Shown: positions 17,859 to 27,300 of the stretch, in pieces
How the letters are laid out: every line of letters begins with the position of its first letter
Position numbering within the stretch: position 1 is the stretch's first letter
DNA from: Methylorubrum extorquens
GTDB taxonomy: Bacteria > Pseudomonadota > Alphaproteobacteria > Rhizobiales > Beijerinckiaceae
DNA length: 32,000 nucleotides
Reading direction: 5' to 3'
Assembly (NCBI GenBank): GCA_900234795.1
Contig: LT962688.1
Location: forward strand, 5,430,001-5,462,000
The notes under the pieces: model-generated
The model's database searches: none
What the model was told of the DNA's origin: nothing
Seen by the model: only the letters and a program-made list of their open reading frames with translations
Translations under genes and position numbers: made by a program

Positions 17859-18728
17859 ATGCTGACGATGAACGTCTCCGAGCGGCGCACCTGCCGGGCG
17901 CTCGGTCAGCATCGCTCGACGCAGCGCAAGGTGCCGCGGGGCCGGGAGGATGAGGCCGCGCTCACCGCCGACCTCGTCGCGTTGGCCGAGCGGTATGGCC
18001 GCTACGGTTACCGCAAGATCTGCGCGCTGCTGAAGGCCGCCGGCTGGTTCGTCAACGACAAGCGCGTCGAGCGGATTTGGCGGCGTGAAGGGCTGAAGGT
18101 GCCGACCCGCCAACCCAAGCGCGGGCGCCTCTGGGACAACGACGGCTCCTGCTTGCGGCTGCGGCCTGAGCGGCGCGACCACGTCTGGTCCTACGACTTC
18201 GTCGAAGCGCGCACCCACGATGGCCGGAAGGTGCGCATGCTCAACGTGATTGACGAGTTCACCCGCGAGTGCTTGGCGATCCGGGTCGCACGCAAGCTCA
18301 AGGCAGTCGACGTGATCGACGTCTTGTCCGACCTGTTCATACTGCGCGGCGTGCCCGAGCATGTTCGCTCGGACAATGGCCCTGAGTTCGTGGCCAAGAG
18401 CGTGCAGGCTTGGATCATGGGGGTGGGCGCGAAGACGGCCTACATCGCGCCAGGATCGCCCTGGGAAAATGGCTTCGTCGAAAGCTTCAACGCACGGCTA
18501 CGCGACGAACTGCTGGACGGAGAGATCTTCTATAGCTTGCGGGAGGCGCAGATCCTGATCGAGAGCTGGCGGCGGCACTACAACACCGTCCGCCCGCATG
18601 GCGCACTCGGCTATCGGCCGCCCGCGCCAGAGGTCTTCTTACCCGCGTTCACCGCTTGGCCGGCTGCGCTCACCCCACCGGCTCCGCCGGCCAAGCGACC
18701 CGTGGAGCAAAGGCCAACCGTGCACTAA
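17859..18728 (+). CDS. IS3-family transposase OrfB (DDE integrase core)
   Basis: 289 aa, identical to the copy 1 OrfB, in the -1 frame relative to orfA. Confidence 0.9.
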   Translation: MLTMNVSERRTCRALGQHRSTQRKVPRGREDEAALTADLVALAERYGRYGYRKICALLKAAGWFVNDKRVERIWRREGLKVPTRQPKRGRLWDNDGSCLRLRPERRDHVWSYDFVEARTHDGRKVRMLNVIDEFTRECLAIRVARKLKAVDVIDVLSDLFILRGVPEHVRSDNGPEFVAKSVQAWIMGVGAKTAYIAPGSPWENGFVESFNARLRDELLDGEIFYSLREAQILIESWRRHYNTVRPHGALGYRPPAPEVFLPAFTAWPAALTPPAPPAKRPVEQRPTVH

Positions 18729-19468
18729 CTCTATGCCTGGACCACCCGGTGGGGGCAGATCACCTGGGCGGCGGAGGCAGCATCTCGCGCGAGAGTTTAA
18801 TAGACTCCGCACTGGATGAATTCCCGGCCCACCGCGAGCTCAAGGCGCTTCGCTAATCCGCTACGTCCCGGGGTCAGCGACAGCCATGTTCGAACCCATC
18901 AGCTAGGTTTGAAAGCCCGTACAGCCGCTCCTTTGGCTTTGGGGCGGCTAGTTACAGAACAAAATTTAGCACATATTTCCACTCGAGAGAAAAGACTGCA
19001 CCATCAAACCCTCGGATTGAACGTCTAAAGTTTGGCTAACTGCCGCTGAGCCCGTGGATTTGCTCATGAACTAAGACGCCAGGAAGCGGACCTTTCGAGG
19101 ATCTGCAAATGGTCAATTTCATGCCTTCACTCAAGCCGCGCCCAGGTCCGCTTGTTCGGATTCGGCAGCGCAGGGCACGAAGCCCCCAGTCGAATGAGCT
19201 GAGCCTTTCTACGCTGGGGCATCGGAGTGGGAAGACGCTTTAATAACGACACTGCTCGTTCTGCCCACAAACGACGGTCGCTCCTAAACGCTGAGAAAAC
19301 TGCCTACTGCCAAGTGGTTAGCTGATCACAAAGTTGTGCCACACCAGCGCGCACTGGCCCGAGTGGCGATTTCGATGCGTCTGCCGGTGGTGATCGGTGC
19401 GTGTTGCGTGAGTTGACGGCACCTACCCCCCGAATCACCGGACGCTACGTGAGCGACTGTCTTGCTGG

Positions 19469-20398
19469 TCAAGCGGGTTGCCATGGCGTTCCGTCTCTCA
19501 GGATGGCGTTGAGGATGGTGATCAGCTTCCGAGCGGTGGCAATCAGGGCAACGAGCTTGGGCTTACCGGCTGCGATGAGCCGGTCCCGGAAGGTTTTCAG
19601 CGCGGCATTGTGACGGCTGGCCACCATGGCCCCCATGAACAGCGCCGTGCGAACAGGTGCGCGGCCGCCTGCAATGAAGCTCCTCCCTCGCCACTGACCG
19701 GATTGCCGCGTCCAAGGGGCCAAGCCGACCAGCGCGGCGACTTGCTTCCGGTTGAGGCTTCCAAGCTCAGGCAGCTCCGCGATCAGGGTTCGTGCGATCG
19801 TCGGTCCAACACCAGGAACGGAGGTCAGGAGGGTCTCCTTCCTGCGCCATTCAAGCGACCGGTCTACCTCTGCATCGATCGAGCGGTCGATCACACTCTG
19901 CTCCTGCTCCAACGCCTCTATGACGCGCCGGACGCTGTCTCGAATGCACGGTGGAGCTTGGCTCGCTCGCTGCCGCTCGGACGCGATCAGTCCTACGATC
20001 TGACGGCGTCTTGTGACGAGATCAGCCAAGGCCTGAGTCTCGGCATCGGCCCGAGCGCGAACGGGTGGGTTGGTGGCCGCCGCGAACCGGGCGATCACGG
20101 TGGCGTCGATGCGGTCGGTCTTGGCGCGTTGGCCCAAGGCGTGAGCGAAAGCACGGACCTGTGCTGGGTTCACGATCACGGCTGGTAGCCTCCAGGTGGT
20201 GAGAGCACGTGCCACCATGGCTTCCAAACCGCCGGTTGCCTCCAGGACGACGAGCTTCGGCTTCAGGGGCCGGAGGCGTTCGCACAGCTGCTCCACACCC
20301 TCTGTCGTACGGTCAACGGCGAAGTTCGCTCCAGAGGGATGAACGTGAATATCGAGGCGGTCTCGGGCGACATCGATCCCGACAACAGGAGCGTCCAT
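19469..20398 (-). CDS. IS110-family transposase (DEDD/RuvC-like recombinase)
   Basis: MDAPVVGIDVARDRLDIHVHPSG...KLVVLEATGGLE...IVNPAQVRAFAHALGQRAKTDRIDATVIARFA...LLTSVPGVGPTIARTLIAELPELGSLNRKQVAALVGLAPWTRQSGQWRGRSFIAGGRAPVRTALFMGAMVASRHN. The ATG at 20398 is preferred; the tracked ORF extends upstream to 20590 without homology. Confidence 0.9.
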   Translation of the reverse strand: MDAPVVGIDVARDRLDIHVHPSGANFAVDRTTEGVEQLCERLRPLKPKLVVLEATGGLEAMVARALTTWRLPAVIVNPAQVRAFAHALGQRAKTDRIDATVIARFAAATNPPVRARADAETQALADLVTRRRQIVGLIASERQRASQAPPCIRDSVRRVIEALEQEQSVIDRSIDAEVDRSLEWRRKETLLTSVPGVGPTIARTLIAELPELGSLNRKQVAALVGLAPWTRQSGQWRGRSFIAGGRAPVRTALFMGAMVASRHNAALKTFRDRLIAAGKPKLVALIATARKLITILNAILRDGTPWQPA

Positions 20399-20830
20399 CT
20401 GATCCCATCCTTGCGCAAGCGGGCTTCGCGTTGAGCGGCCCAAGCGACTGTTCGGGTTCGATGGAACGGCGGGCGAGGACCCTGGCTCACTTGCGGGCTT
20501 GGTGGCCCCAGAGGCTAACGGTCTCTCACCCGCCACCGCGCCGAAGAGCATACCCGGCGAAGGTGGGATCAAGTTACAAGAGGCTACCAATCAACCGCCC
20601 AAGACCGTCCATCTGCTGCGGCGAGTGTGTCATTCTCGTATCAGCCATCTCGGAAACGGCTGCGATCACAAGAGGATAAATTACCTATGGAATTTCTGCA
20701 CACGATGGGTTGAGCGGGAATATCATTGGCAACTTGGAGCAGTAGCCGCCTCGTCGGGGCCAGACGAGGTCGTCTTACGACATTTTAGGGGCGGGTGATT
20801 CGCAAGCGAATTGCCTTCGAATCACCTCGT

Positions 20831-20938
20831 GTGCACGTCACGCCCGCCAATGCTGATGACCGTGCCCAAATCGAGCGACTGGCCAAGGCAGTGCAGGCGG
20901 CCACCAACGACAGCGTCGAGATGGCCTTCGTCGATTAG
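20831..20938 (+). pseudogene. IS5-family transposase remnant (about 35 codons)
   Basis: VHVTPANADDRAQIERLAKAVQAATNDSVEMAFVD followed by TAG. This resembles the conserved ..HVTPAN..DR....LA..VQ..TG..VE.AFVDQGY block of IS5-group DDE transposases. Similarity is lost on both sides. Confidence 0.5.
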
Positions 20939-21176
20939 GTTGTCGATCGTGATGTTGATGCGCAGGCGCTCGCCCGGCACCTGCCTGGGGGTTACGATCT
21001 GCGCTAGTGCCCTTGCGGCATGGCCTCGGTATCGGCCGAGATCTCTGCCCAGGTGCTGGGTTGGGGCGCCGGATCGCCACCGGCGCGCAAGGCTCGAGAT
21101 GCCCGGCTAACGCCCCGAGGGCGTCCACGGCGTCCCCGAAGCTGCCACTGGTAAACACGCAGCCTTAACCGAAAAG

Positions 21177-22901
21177 CTAGGCCGCTGCCCGCAGGTCGCG
21201 TGACGGCCTGTCCTCGAACGTGCGCACACAGTTGCGCCCGCCGGACTTCGCCGCGTAGAGGGCGCGGTCCGCGCGCTCGATCGTGTGGTCGATGTCGTCA
21301 TCCGTGACCTCAGCGCCGGCCATGCCGATGCTGATCGTCGCTCTAAGGCACTGCCCCTCCGGTTCGAACACGGTGCCGGCGACTGTCTGGCGAATGCGCT
21401 CGGCGAAGATTGCCGCGCCCTGCAGATCGGTCTCCCGCAGCAGGACCACGAATTCCTCGCCGCCGAACCGCGCCACCTTGTCGGTGGTCCGAATTGCGTC
21501 TCTGATGATCCGGCCAACTTGGCGGATGACCTCGTCGCCCGCCGCGTGGCCGTACAAGTCATTGACGCGCTTGAAGTGATCGATGTCGATCATCAGGACG
21601 CAGATGCTGCGCCGGTAGCGCATAAAGTAGCTCATCGCATCGTTGGCCAGGGGCAGGAACGCCCGCCGGTTGAGCAGACCCGTGAGAGCGTCCGTGTCGG
21701 CCAGGACCTGCATGGCGTGGAGATCGGCGCCGAGACGTCGGACACGGTCCTCCGCGGCATGGACCTTGTCCGTAGCCTCGGCCCGGCTCAGCCGCGCATC
21801 CTCCTCAGCCGTGCCGATACGTCTGAGGAGCGACCGGATCGCAGTGGACAGGCGCAGAACCTCGGGAGAGCCGTGCACGCGGTCCGTCATCCGCGCGTTC
21901 GGCTGCCGTCCGATGCGGTCGACCGCCTCCGTCAGCCGCGTCAGGGGCCGGCTCAGCCGTCCGGCGATAATCCCGATTCCGATCATGCCGAGCACGGCGG
22001 CGCCGAGGCCGACGAACAGGATCAGGCCGGTCAGGCGGTTGGCGCTCGCGAGCGCTGTATCGACCGGCTGCAGGGCGACGACGATCCAGCCTAGGCCCGC
22101 GTAATCGCCCCGGCCGCGGGTGGAGGCCGCCGCAGCGAGCCGATCGCCTCCCGTGCGGTGATCGATGAAGTGCCCAGCAACGAGTTCCGCTGCCGCGAAA
22201 GGAGCCTCCGCAAGGTCTGGCCCGAGCAAAACCCGGCCGGACCGATCGAGGACGATGATGTCCTCCTTCAGTTCGGGCCGACGGGACGACAGCACCTCGC
22301 GCCGAACCACATCGGCCCAGCGCCAGCTGAGATGGGCTCCGAGCACGCCGACGATTCGGCCCGAGCTGTCGCTGACCGGGGCAGCCACGTCAACAAAGCG
22401 GAACGGCGTTCCATCGGCGTGCGGCTTAAGCAAGGACTGAAGAAGGTTCGCGGCGTGAACGTCCTCGACGGCGGCTTGCCGGATGCCATTGCGGAACCAC
22501 GGGCGCTGACCGACGCTCGCCCCTTCGAGGATGCCGCCAGTAGCGGCGCGTACCCGGCCATCCTGATCGGCGAACCCGATCCAGGCATAGTCCGGCAGCG
22601 TCCTCTGCATCGCGTCGAGCACGGTGCGCAGGTTACCCGTATTCTCCAGCCAGTGGGGCCGGAGGGGTTCGAGGCTTGCGACGTTGCGGATCTCGCGCAG
22701 GCGCTCGGCCATGTCTTGGTCGAGGCGGTCCGCCATGGACCGGGCGACCTGCCGAAGGGCGTCCTGAGCCATGTCGGCAGCCTGGCCGCGCGCCAGCAGG
22801 GCGGATCCGACTGTCGTCACGCCCACGACTATCAGGCCGATGGCTCCGGCCAACAGGCTGATCTGACGTCTGAGAGGAACTTTGTCGGTAAGCCGAAGCA
22901 T
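21177..22901 (-). CDS. membrane sensor diguanylate cyclase (periplasmic Cache-like domain, HAMP, GGDEF)
   Basis: There are two TM segments (LLAGAIGLIVVGVTTVGSALLA and LILFVGLGAAVLGMIGIGIIAG) around a periplasmic region of about 250 aa. Next come a HAMP-like linker, then DALTGLLNRRAF...IDIDHFKRVNDLYGHAAGDEV...RTTDKVARFGGEEFVVLL...ADRALYAAKSGGRN. ATG at 22901 is preceded by gagggtg; a TTG at 22916 is an alternative start. Confidence 0.85.
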   Translation of the reverse strand: MLRLTDKVPLRRQISLLAGAIGLIVVGVTTVGSALLARGQAADMAQDALRQVARSMADRLDQDMAERLREIRNVASLEPLRPHWLENTGNLRTVLDAMQRTLPDYAWIGFADQDGRVRAATGGILEGASVGQRPWFRNGIRQAAVEDVHAANLLQSLLKPHADGTPFRFVDVAAPVSDSSGRIVGVLGAHLSWRWADVVRREVLSSRRPELKEDIIVLDRSGRVLLGPDLAEAPFAAAELVAGHFIDHRTGGDRLAAAASTRGRGDYAGLGWIVVALQPVDTALASANRLTGLILFVGLGAAVLGMIGIGIIAGRLSRPLTRLTEAVDRIGRQPNARMTDRVHGSPEVLRLSTAIRSLLRRIGTAEEDARLSRAEATDKVHAAEDRVRRLGADLHAMQVLADTDALTGLLNRRAFLPLANDAMSYFMRYRRSICVLMIDIDHFKRVNDLYGHAAGDEVIRQVGRIIRDAIRTTDKVARFGGEEFVVLLRETDLQGAAIFAERIRQTVAGTVFEPEGQCLRATISIGMAGAEVTDDDIDHTIERADRALYAAKSGGRNCVRTFEDRPSRDLRAAA

Positions 22902-23349
22902 CTGGGGCACCCTCAATCGGCGAGGATGCTATGATGCCGGGGATGCGTTTGCGTGAATTTTGTAGGTCAATATTTCCTGAATGGTGTTTCACGAAGTTTA
23001 AAGTAAGACGCTTGTGCCTACAAAGACGCCGCCCGCCTCAGGGTGGCATTCATGCAGCGCGATAGAACAGTCAATAAAAACATGCCTCAGCGGACCAAGT
23101 CGATGCAAGCGGGTCGGTAGCCTCTTTACCCCAGCGCTAACCCGATCGAACCAAACCACTGCCGCCCGCTACCAATCGCCGATGTAGGGGCGCAGGCGCT
23201 TGATCACCGGGAAGATGTCCGCAGCGGGCGGGCAGCAGGCACTTGCCCGCTCCGTTTCGCCGTGCCTCTGTACAGCGGGCGCAGACTTTCGCTTCTGCCG
23301 GCCGCATGAGGCAACAGCCACGTTCCGCGCCGAATTGTACGGAGATGGC

Positions 23350-23733
23350 ATGGTAGATTTTGCGCAGAACAAGCTGAACGTGATCGCCTTCTATAAGATG
23401 ATGTTCAACGATTGTCGCCCGCGCGACGCCATCGAGCTGTATGCCGGCGACGACTATACCCAGCACAACCCGCATGTCGCGAGCGGCAAGGACGGCTTCA
23501 TCGCCTATTTCGAGCGCATGGCCCGTGAATGGCCGGGCAAGCGGGTCGAGGTGAAGCGGGCAATCGCCGAGGGCGATCTGGTTGTACTGCACTGCCTCCA
23601 GCACTGGCCGGGAGACCACGATTACGCGGCCATCGACATCTTTCGACTCGATGAGAGAGGCCGGATCATGGAGCATTGGGACGTGATGCAGATCCTGCCC
23701 GAGGCCTCGGCCAACGCGAACGGGATGTTCTAG
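23350..23733 (+). CDS. SnoaL-like / NTF2-fold family protein
   Basis: 127 aa: [57 protein letters not shown]...[23 protein letters not shown] at 23350 is preceded by ggaga. The family call is by recognition only. Confidence 0.65.
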   Translation: MVDFAQNKLNVIAFYKMMFNDCRPRDAIELYAGDDYTQHNPHVASGKDGFIAYFERMAREWPGKRVEVKRAIAEGDLVVLHCLQHWPGDHDYAAIDIFRLDERGRIMEHWDVMQILPEASANANGMF

Positions 23734-24317
23734 ATCCCGCCTGCGCTACCAATGGGCTGGGAGCGGCCCTCGCGTCGATGTTTGATCACTCCCCCTTTAG
23801 CCCATGCTCTACACAAGGTGCCCTCATCACCTCATTCGGCGTTTCCCGCGCGAATGTCGTCAGCGGTCCGACGGTGATCTCGGAACGGGCATGAGGACGA
23901 TCACCCGGCGCTGTCATCACCGGGCTGAAGCGCGTGCTCGGACCGATCAACAGGTCGGCACGGGCATCCTTCAGCAAGAGTTCGACGTCGACGCCGGGCC
24001 ACGGGACAGTGGAGCGGGGGGCGGTTCAGGTCCTCCCGGCAATGCGATCATCACCTATGGGACTTCGGCATAGGTCTGCGTTGTTTCCTGAGCGTGAGGG
24101 TGTCACCATTTTTTATGTTGTGGTTAACCTGCATTTTGCCCTATGCCTATTTGGGAAGCTAGTTGCTCGCGCTTTGAACCAATTTCACTCACCTGCTGGG
24201 CTCCTGCCGCCTTCAGATCAGCGCCTAGAAGCCGGCTCATTAACTTCTGCTGCCTATCCTGAGACTAGGGTCAGGGGGGTTCCCGCAGCGCGGGACTGAC
24301 CTCATGAGGTCTGGTGT

Positions 24318-27300
24318 ATGTACCCGTTGCACCCGAACGAGGTGGAGCGCCTGCAGGCGCTGCACGATCTGGAGGTGTTCAGTTCGCCCGCAGAGCCGCA
24401 GTACGACGCGATCTGCCGGACTGCGCAGGCACTGTTTGGTGCCTCAATTGCGCTGGTGTCGCTGGTTGGCGAGACCGAGCTGCGCTTTAAGGGCAGGTGC
24501 GGTCTGAACGTGAGCGGGACCTCGCGTGAAGTCTCGTTCTGCACCTACACCATCCTCTCGGATGAGGTGCTGGTGGTCGAGGACGCTCCCCAGGATGAGC
24601 GGTTTTCTGCCAACCCACTCGTCGCAGGCGAGCCGCACATCCGCTTCTACGCCGGCGCCCCCCTCGTGCTCAGAGCGGGCATTCACCTTGGCTCGTTGTG
24701 CCTCATCGACCGGGTGCCGCGCTCCTTCTCAGCCGAGCAGCAGGAGCAGCTACGAGATCTGGCTCAGATCGTTGTCGCTCAACTTCGCTTGAGCAAAGCG
24801 GAGCGGAAGGCACGGGAGAGCGCTGACGACTACCGCCTGCTCGCCGACAACAGCAGCGATCTGATCATCCGCTCTGATCTCGATGGCACGCGCCGCTACG
24901 TCTCGCCGGCGGTCAGCCGGCTCCTTGGCTACGAGGCTCGCGAACTCCTCGGCACTCACCCGCTCGCCTCTGTTCACCCAGATGAGGCAAGCAGCTACGC
25001 GCAACTTCTGAAGCAGTTGGAGGCCGGCCAAATCAGTGAGGCTGTGACGCAGCAGCGCTACCGCCGCCGAGATAGCAGCTTCGTCTGGGTCGAGATCTCC
25101 TTCAGCCTTACGCGCGAGGAGGAGACCGGCGGGCCGAACGGCTATGTGGCCATCATTCGTGACATCTCACAGCGGAAGGCTGCCGAGAGTGAAATGGCGC
25201 GCATCGCGCGTCATGATCCGCTTACCGGCCTGCCCAACCGGCTTCACTTCCGTGAACAGCTTGAGCAGGAGATCGCGCGCACGAAGCGAACGAGCAGCAC
25301 GTTTGCCCTGCTGTGCCTGGATCTTGACCGCTTCAAGCTCGTCAATGACACCCTCGGCCATCAGGCTGGCGACAGGTTGCTGAAAGTCGTGGCGCAGCGG
25401 ATCAAGTCGGTCCTGCGCACGGAGGACACGCTCGCGCGGCTTGGTGGCGACGAGTTCGTCATCATCCAGACCAACTGCGCGCGCGCCGAGGATGCGAGCC
25501 GGCTTGCTGAGCGGGTGATCGCAGCGATGCTGCCGCCGGTGGATCTCGGAGGTTACCCAGCTGGTGTGGGTGTAAGCATCGGCATTGCCTTAGCACCGCA
25601 GGACAGCCTCGATCACGATCACCTCTACGCGCTCGCCGATCAGGCTCTCTACCGCGCCAAGGCCGCCGGCCGGAACACGTTCCGGCTCTTCGCCGAGGAA
25701 GAAGTCGGTTCTAGCGGTATGTCTAACCAGGGCGGCGAGTGGGAGGTGGGCCAGCCGCTCAGGCAGATCACGCCAGACCCGCTGCTAGTGGGCGACCTCT
25801 TGCGCGACATTTTAGAGAGCAGCAGCGATTGTATGAAGCTGCTCGATCAGGAAGGAGACCTGCTCTTCCTCAGCGCGGGCGGACTGAAGGTGATGGAGAT
25901 CGACGATGTCGGGCCGTTCCTCGGCCAGTCGTGGGTCGAGTTGTGGCAAGGCGAGCACCAAGTCGCCGCGAAGGACGCGGTGGCGCAGGCGAGCCGCGGG
26001 CAGGAGGCTCGCTTCCGCGGCTTCTGCCACACGGCCAAAGGCCGGCCGAGATGGTGGGACGTGGCGCTCAGCCCAGTCAAGGCTCGGAGCAGCGCGCGCG
26101 GTCTGATCCTGGCGATCTCGCGCGACGTCACGGTGCAGGTCGAGCTTGAGCGCGATCTGCAAACGACGGCGAACCGCTACAAGGCACTCATCGAGGCGAG
26201 CGCGACCATGGTCTGGCGAGCTACGCCAGATGGCTCTCTCGTTGAAAGCAGCGGGTGGGGAACATACACGGGTCAGCCGGAAAGCGCCTACATTGGCTAC
26301 GGCTGGCTCAGCACCGTTCATCCCGATGACCGGCAGCGCGTGGCCTCGACGTGGCACGATATTTTCGCCTCGCAAGCGGCAGGCTCCTTCGAGTTCCGCG
26401 CGCTGTGTCGAGACGGAGCGTACCGGTGGACCCTGACCAGGGCGGTGCCGCTCAAGGACGCCTCTAGTCAGGTACAGGAGTGGGTCGGAACCGATAGTGA
26501 CATCCACGATAGCAAGCAGGCGACTGAGGCCATCCGCCTTCAGGAGGAACGTTACCGCTTGGCCATACTGGCTACACAGGACGCGATCTGGGACTGGGAT
26601 CTGACCTCGGACACCACTGAGTGGAGCGAGGGGGCTTACCGGCTGTTCGGCTACTCTGACGCTGAGAGGACCGACACAGGAGCTTGGTGGAAGAGCAAGA
26701 TCCACCCTGATGACCGGGAGCGTGTCACAACCTCCATCAAACACATCATCGAAAGCCAAGAGCACCGCTGGAGCGATGAGTACCGCTTCGCGCGTGCTGA
26801 CGGCAGCTACGCCGAGGTAACCGACTGTGGGTTCGTGATCCGCGACGCAGAGGGAGAAGCCTTGCGGATGGTTGGAGCCGTGCGCGACATCAGCGAGCAG
26901 CGTCGGGCCAATGCAGCACTCCGAGCCAGCGAGGAGCGCCTGCGGCTTGCTCTGCAGGCAGGGCGAATGGTTGCCTGGGAGCGTGACCTCAAGACCGGCT
27001 TGGCCACACGTTCGGACAACGCGCTGCAGTTGCTTGGTATCGGCTCCGGCCCGATTTCGCTCTTGCTTGACAATGTCCACCCAGAGGACCGGGCACATGT
27101 CGAACGGTTCACGGCCTACGGCGGCGCACTGAGTACTGTCGAGTTCCGCTACCTGCACCCTGCAGGGCCGCAAATTTGGCTAACCATGCGCGCCGAGCGT
27201 GTTGAGGCTGGCCGGATCGTCGGCATCACCTTCGACATCACCGAGCGCAAGCTGTCCGAGGAGCAGGCCTGGCGCGCAGCTAACCATGACGCTCTCACAG

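Larger units (their letters stand above)
17482..18762 (+). mobile_element. IS3-family insertion sequence, copy 2 (1281 bp), inverted relative to copy 1
   Basis: It has the same ends and ORFs as copy 1. Left end TGATCCGCCCCCAGCGG at 17482; right end ...GGGGGCAGATCA at 18762. Confidence 0.9.

Noticed and set aside
7730-18762. A simple composite transposon inserted as a unit into the hybrid kinase gene.
   Set aside because: The outer flanks (gga at 7727-7729, cct at 18763-18765) are not a direct repeat. The sequence after 18762 does not continue the receiver domain in any phase I translated. It is kept as a rearrangement finding, not as a clean transposon call.
19432-20826. The 9-nt direct repeat cgaatcacc at 19432-19440 and 20818-20826 (1386 bp apart) as boundaries or target duplication of the IS110 element.
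   Set aside because: A 9-mer match between two windows of about 300 nt is expected by chance roughly one time in three. IS110-family elements typically make no such duplication. Joining the flanks does not restore the IS5 reading frame, because a TGA lies 8 codons upstream.
23786-24062. The minus-strand frame ..TVPWPGVDVELLLKDARADLLIGPSTRFSPVMTAPGDRPHARSEITVGPLTTF.. downstream of the SnoaL-like gene as a possible gene remnant.
   Set aside because: I recognise no family, the piece is short and lacks a start context, and I cannot distinguish it from chance open frame in GC-rich DNA without a database search.
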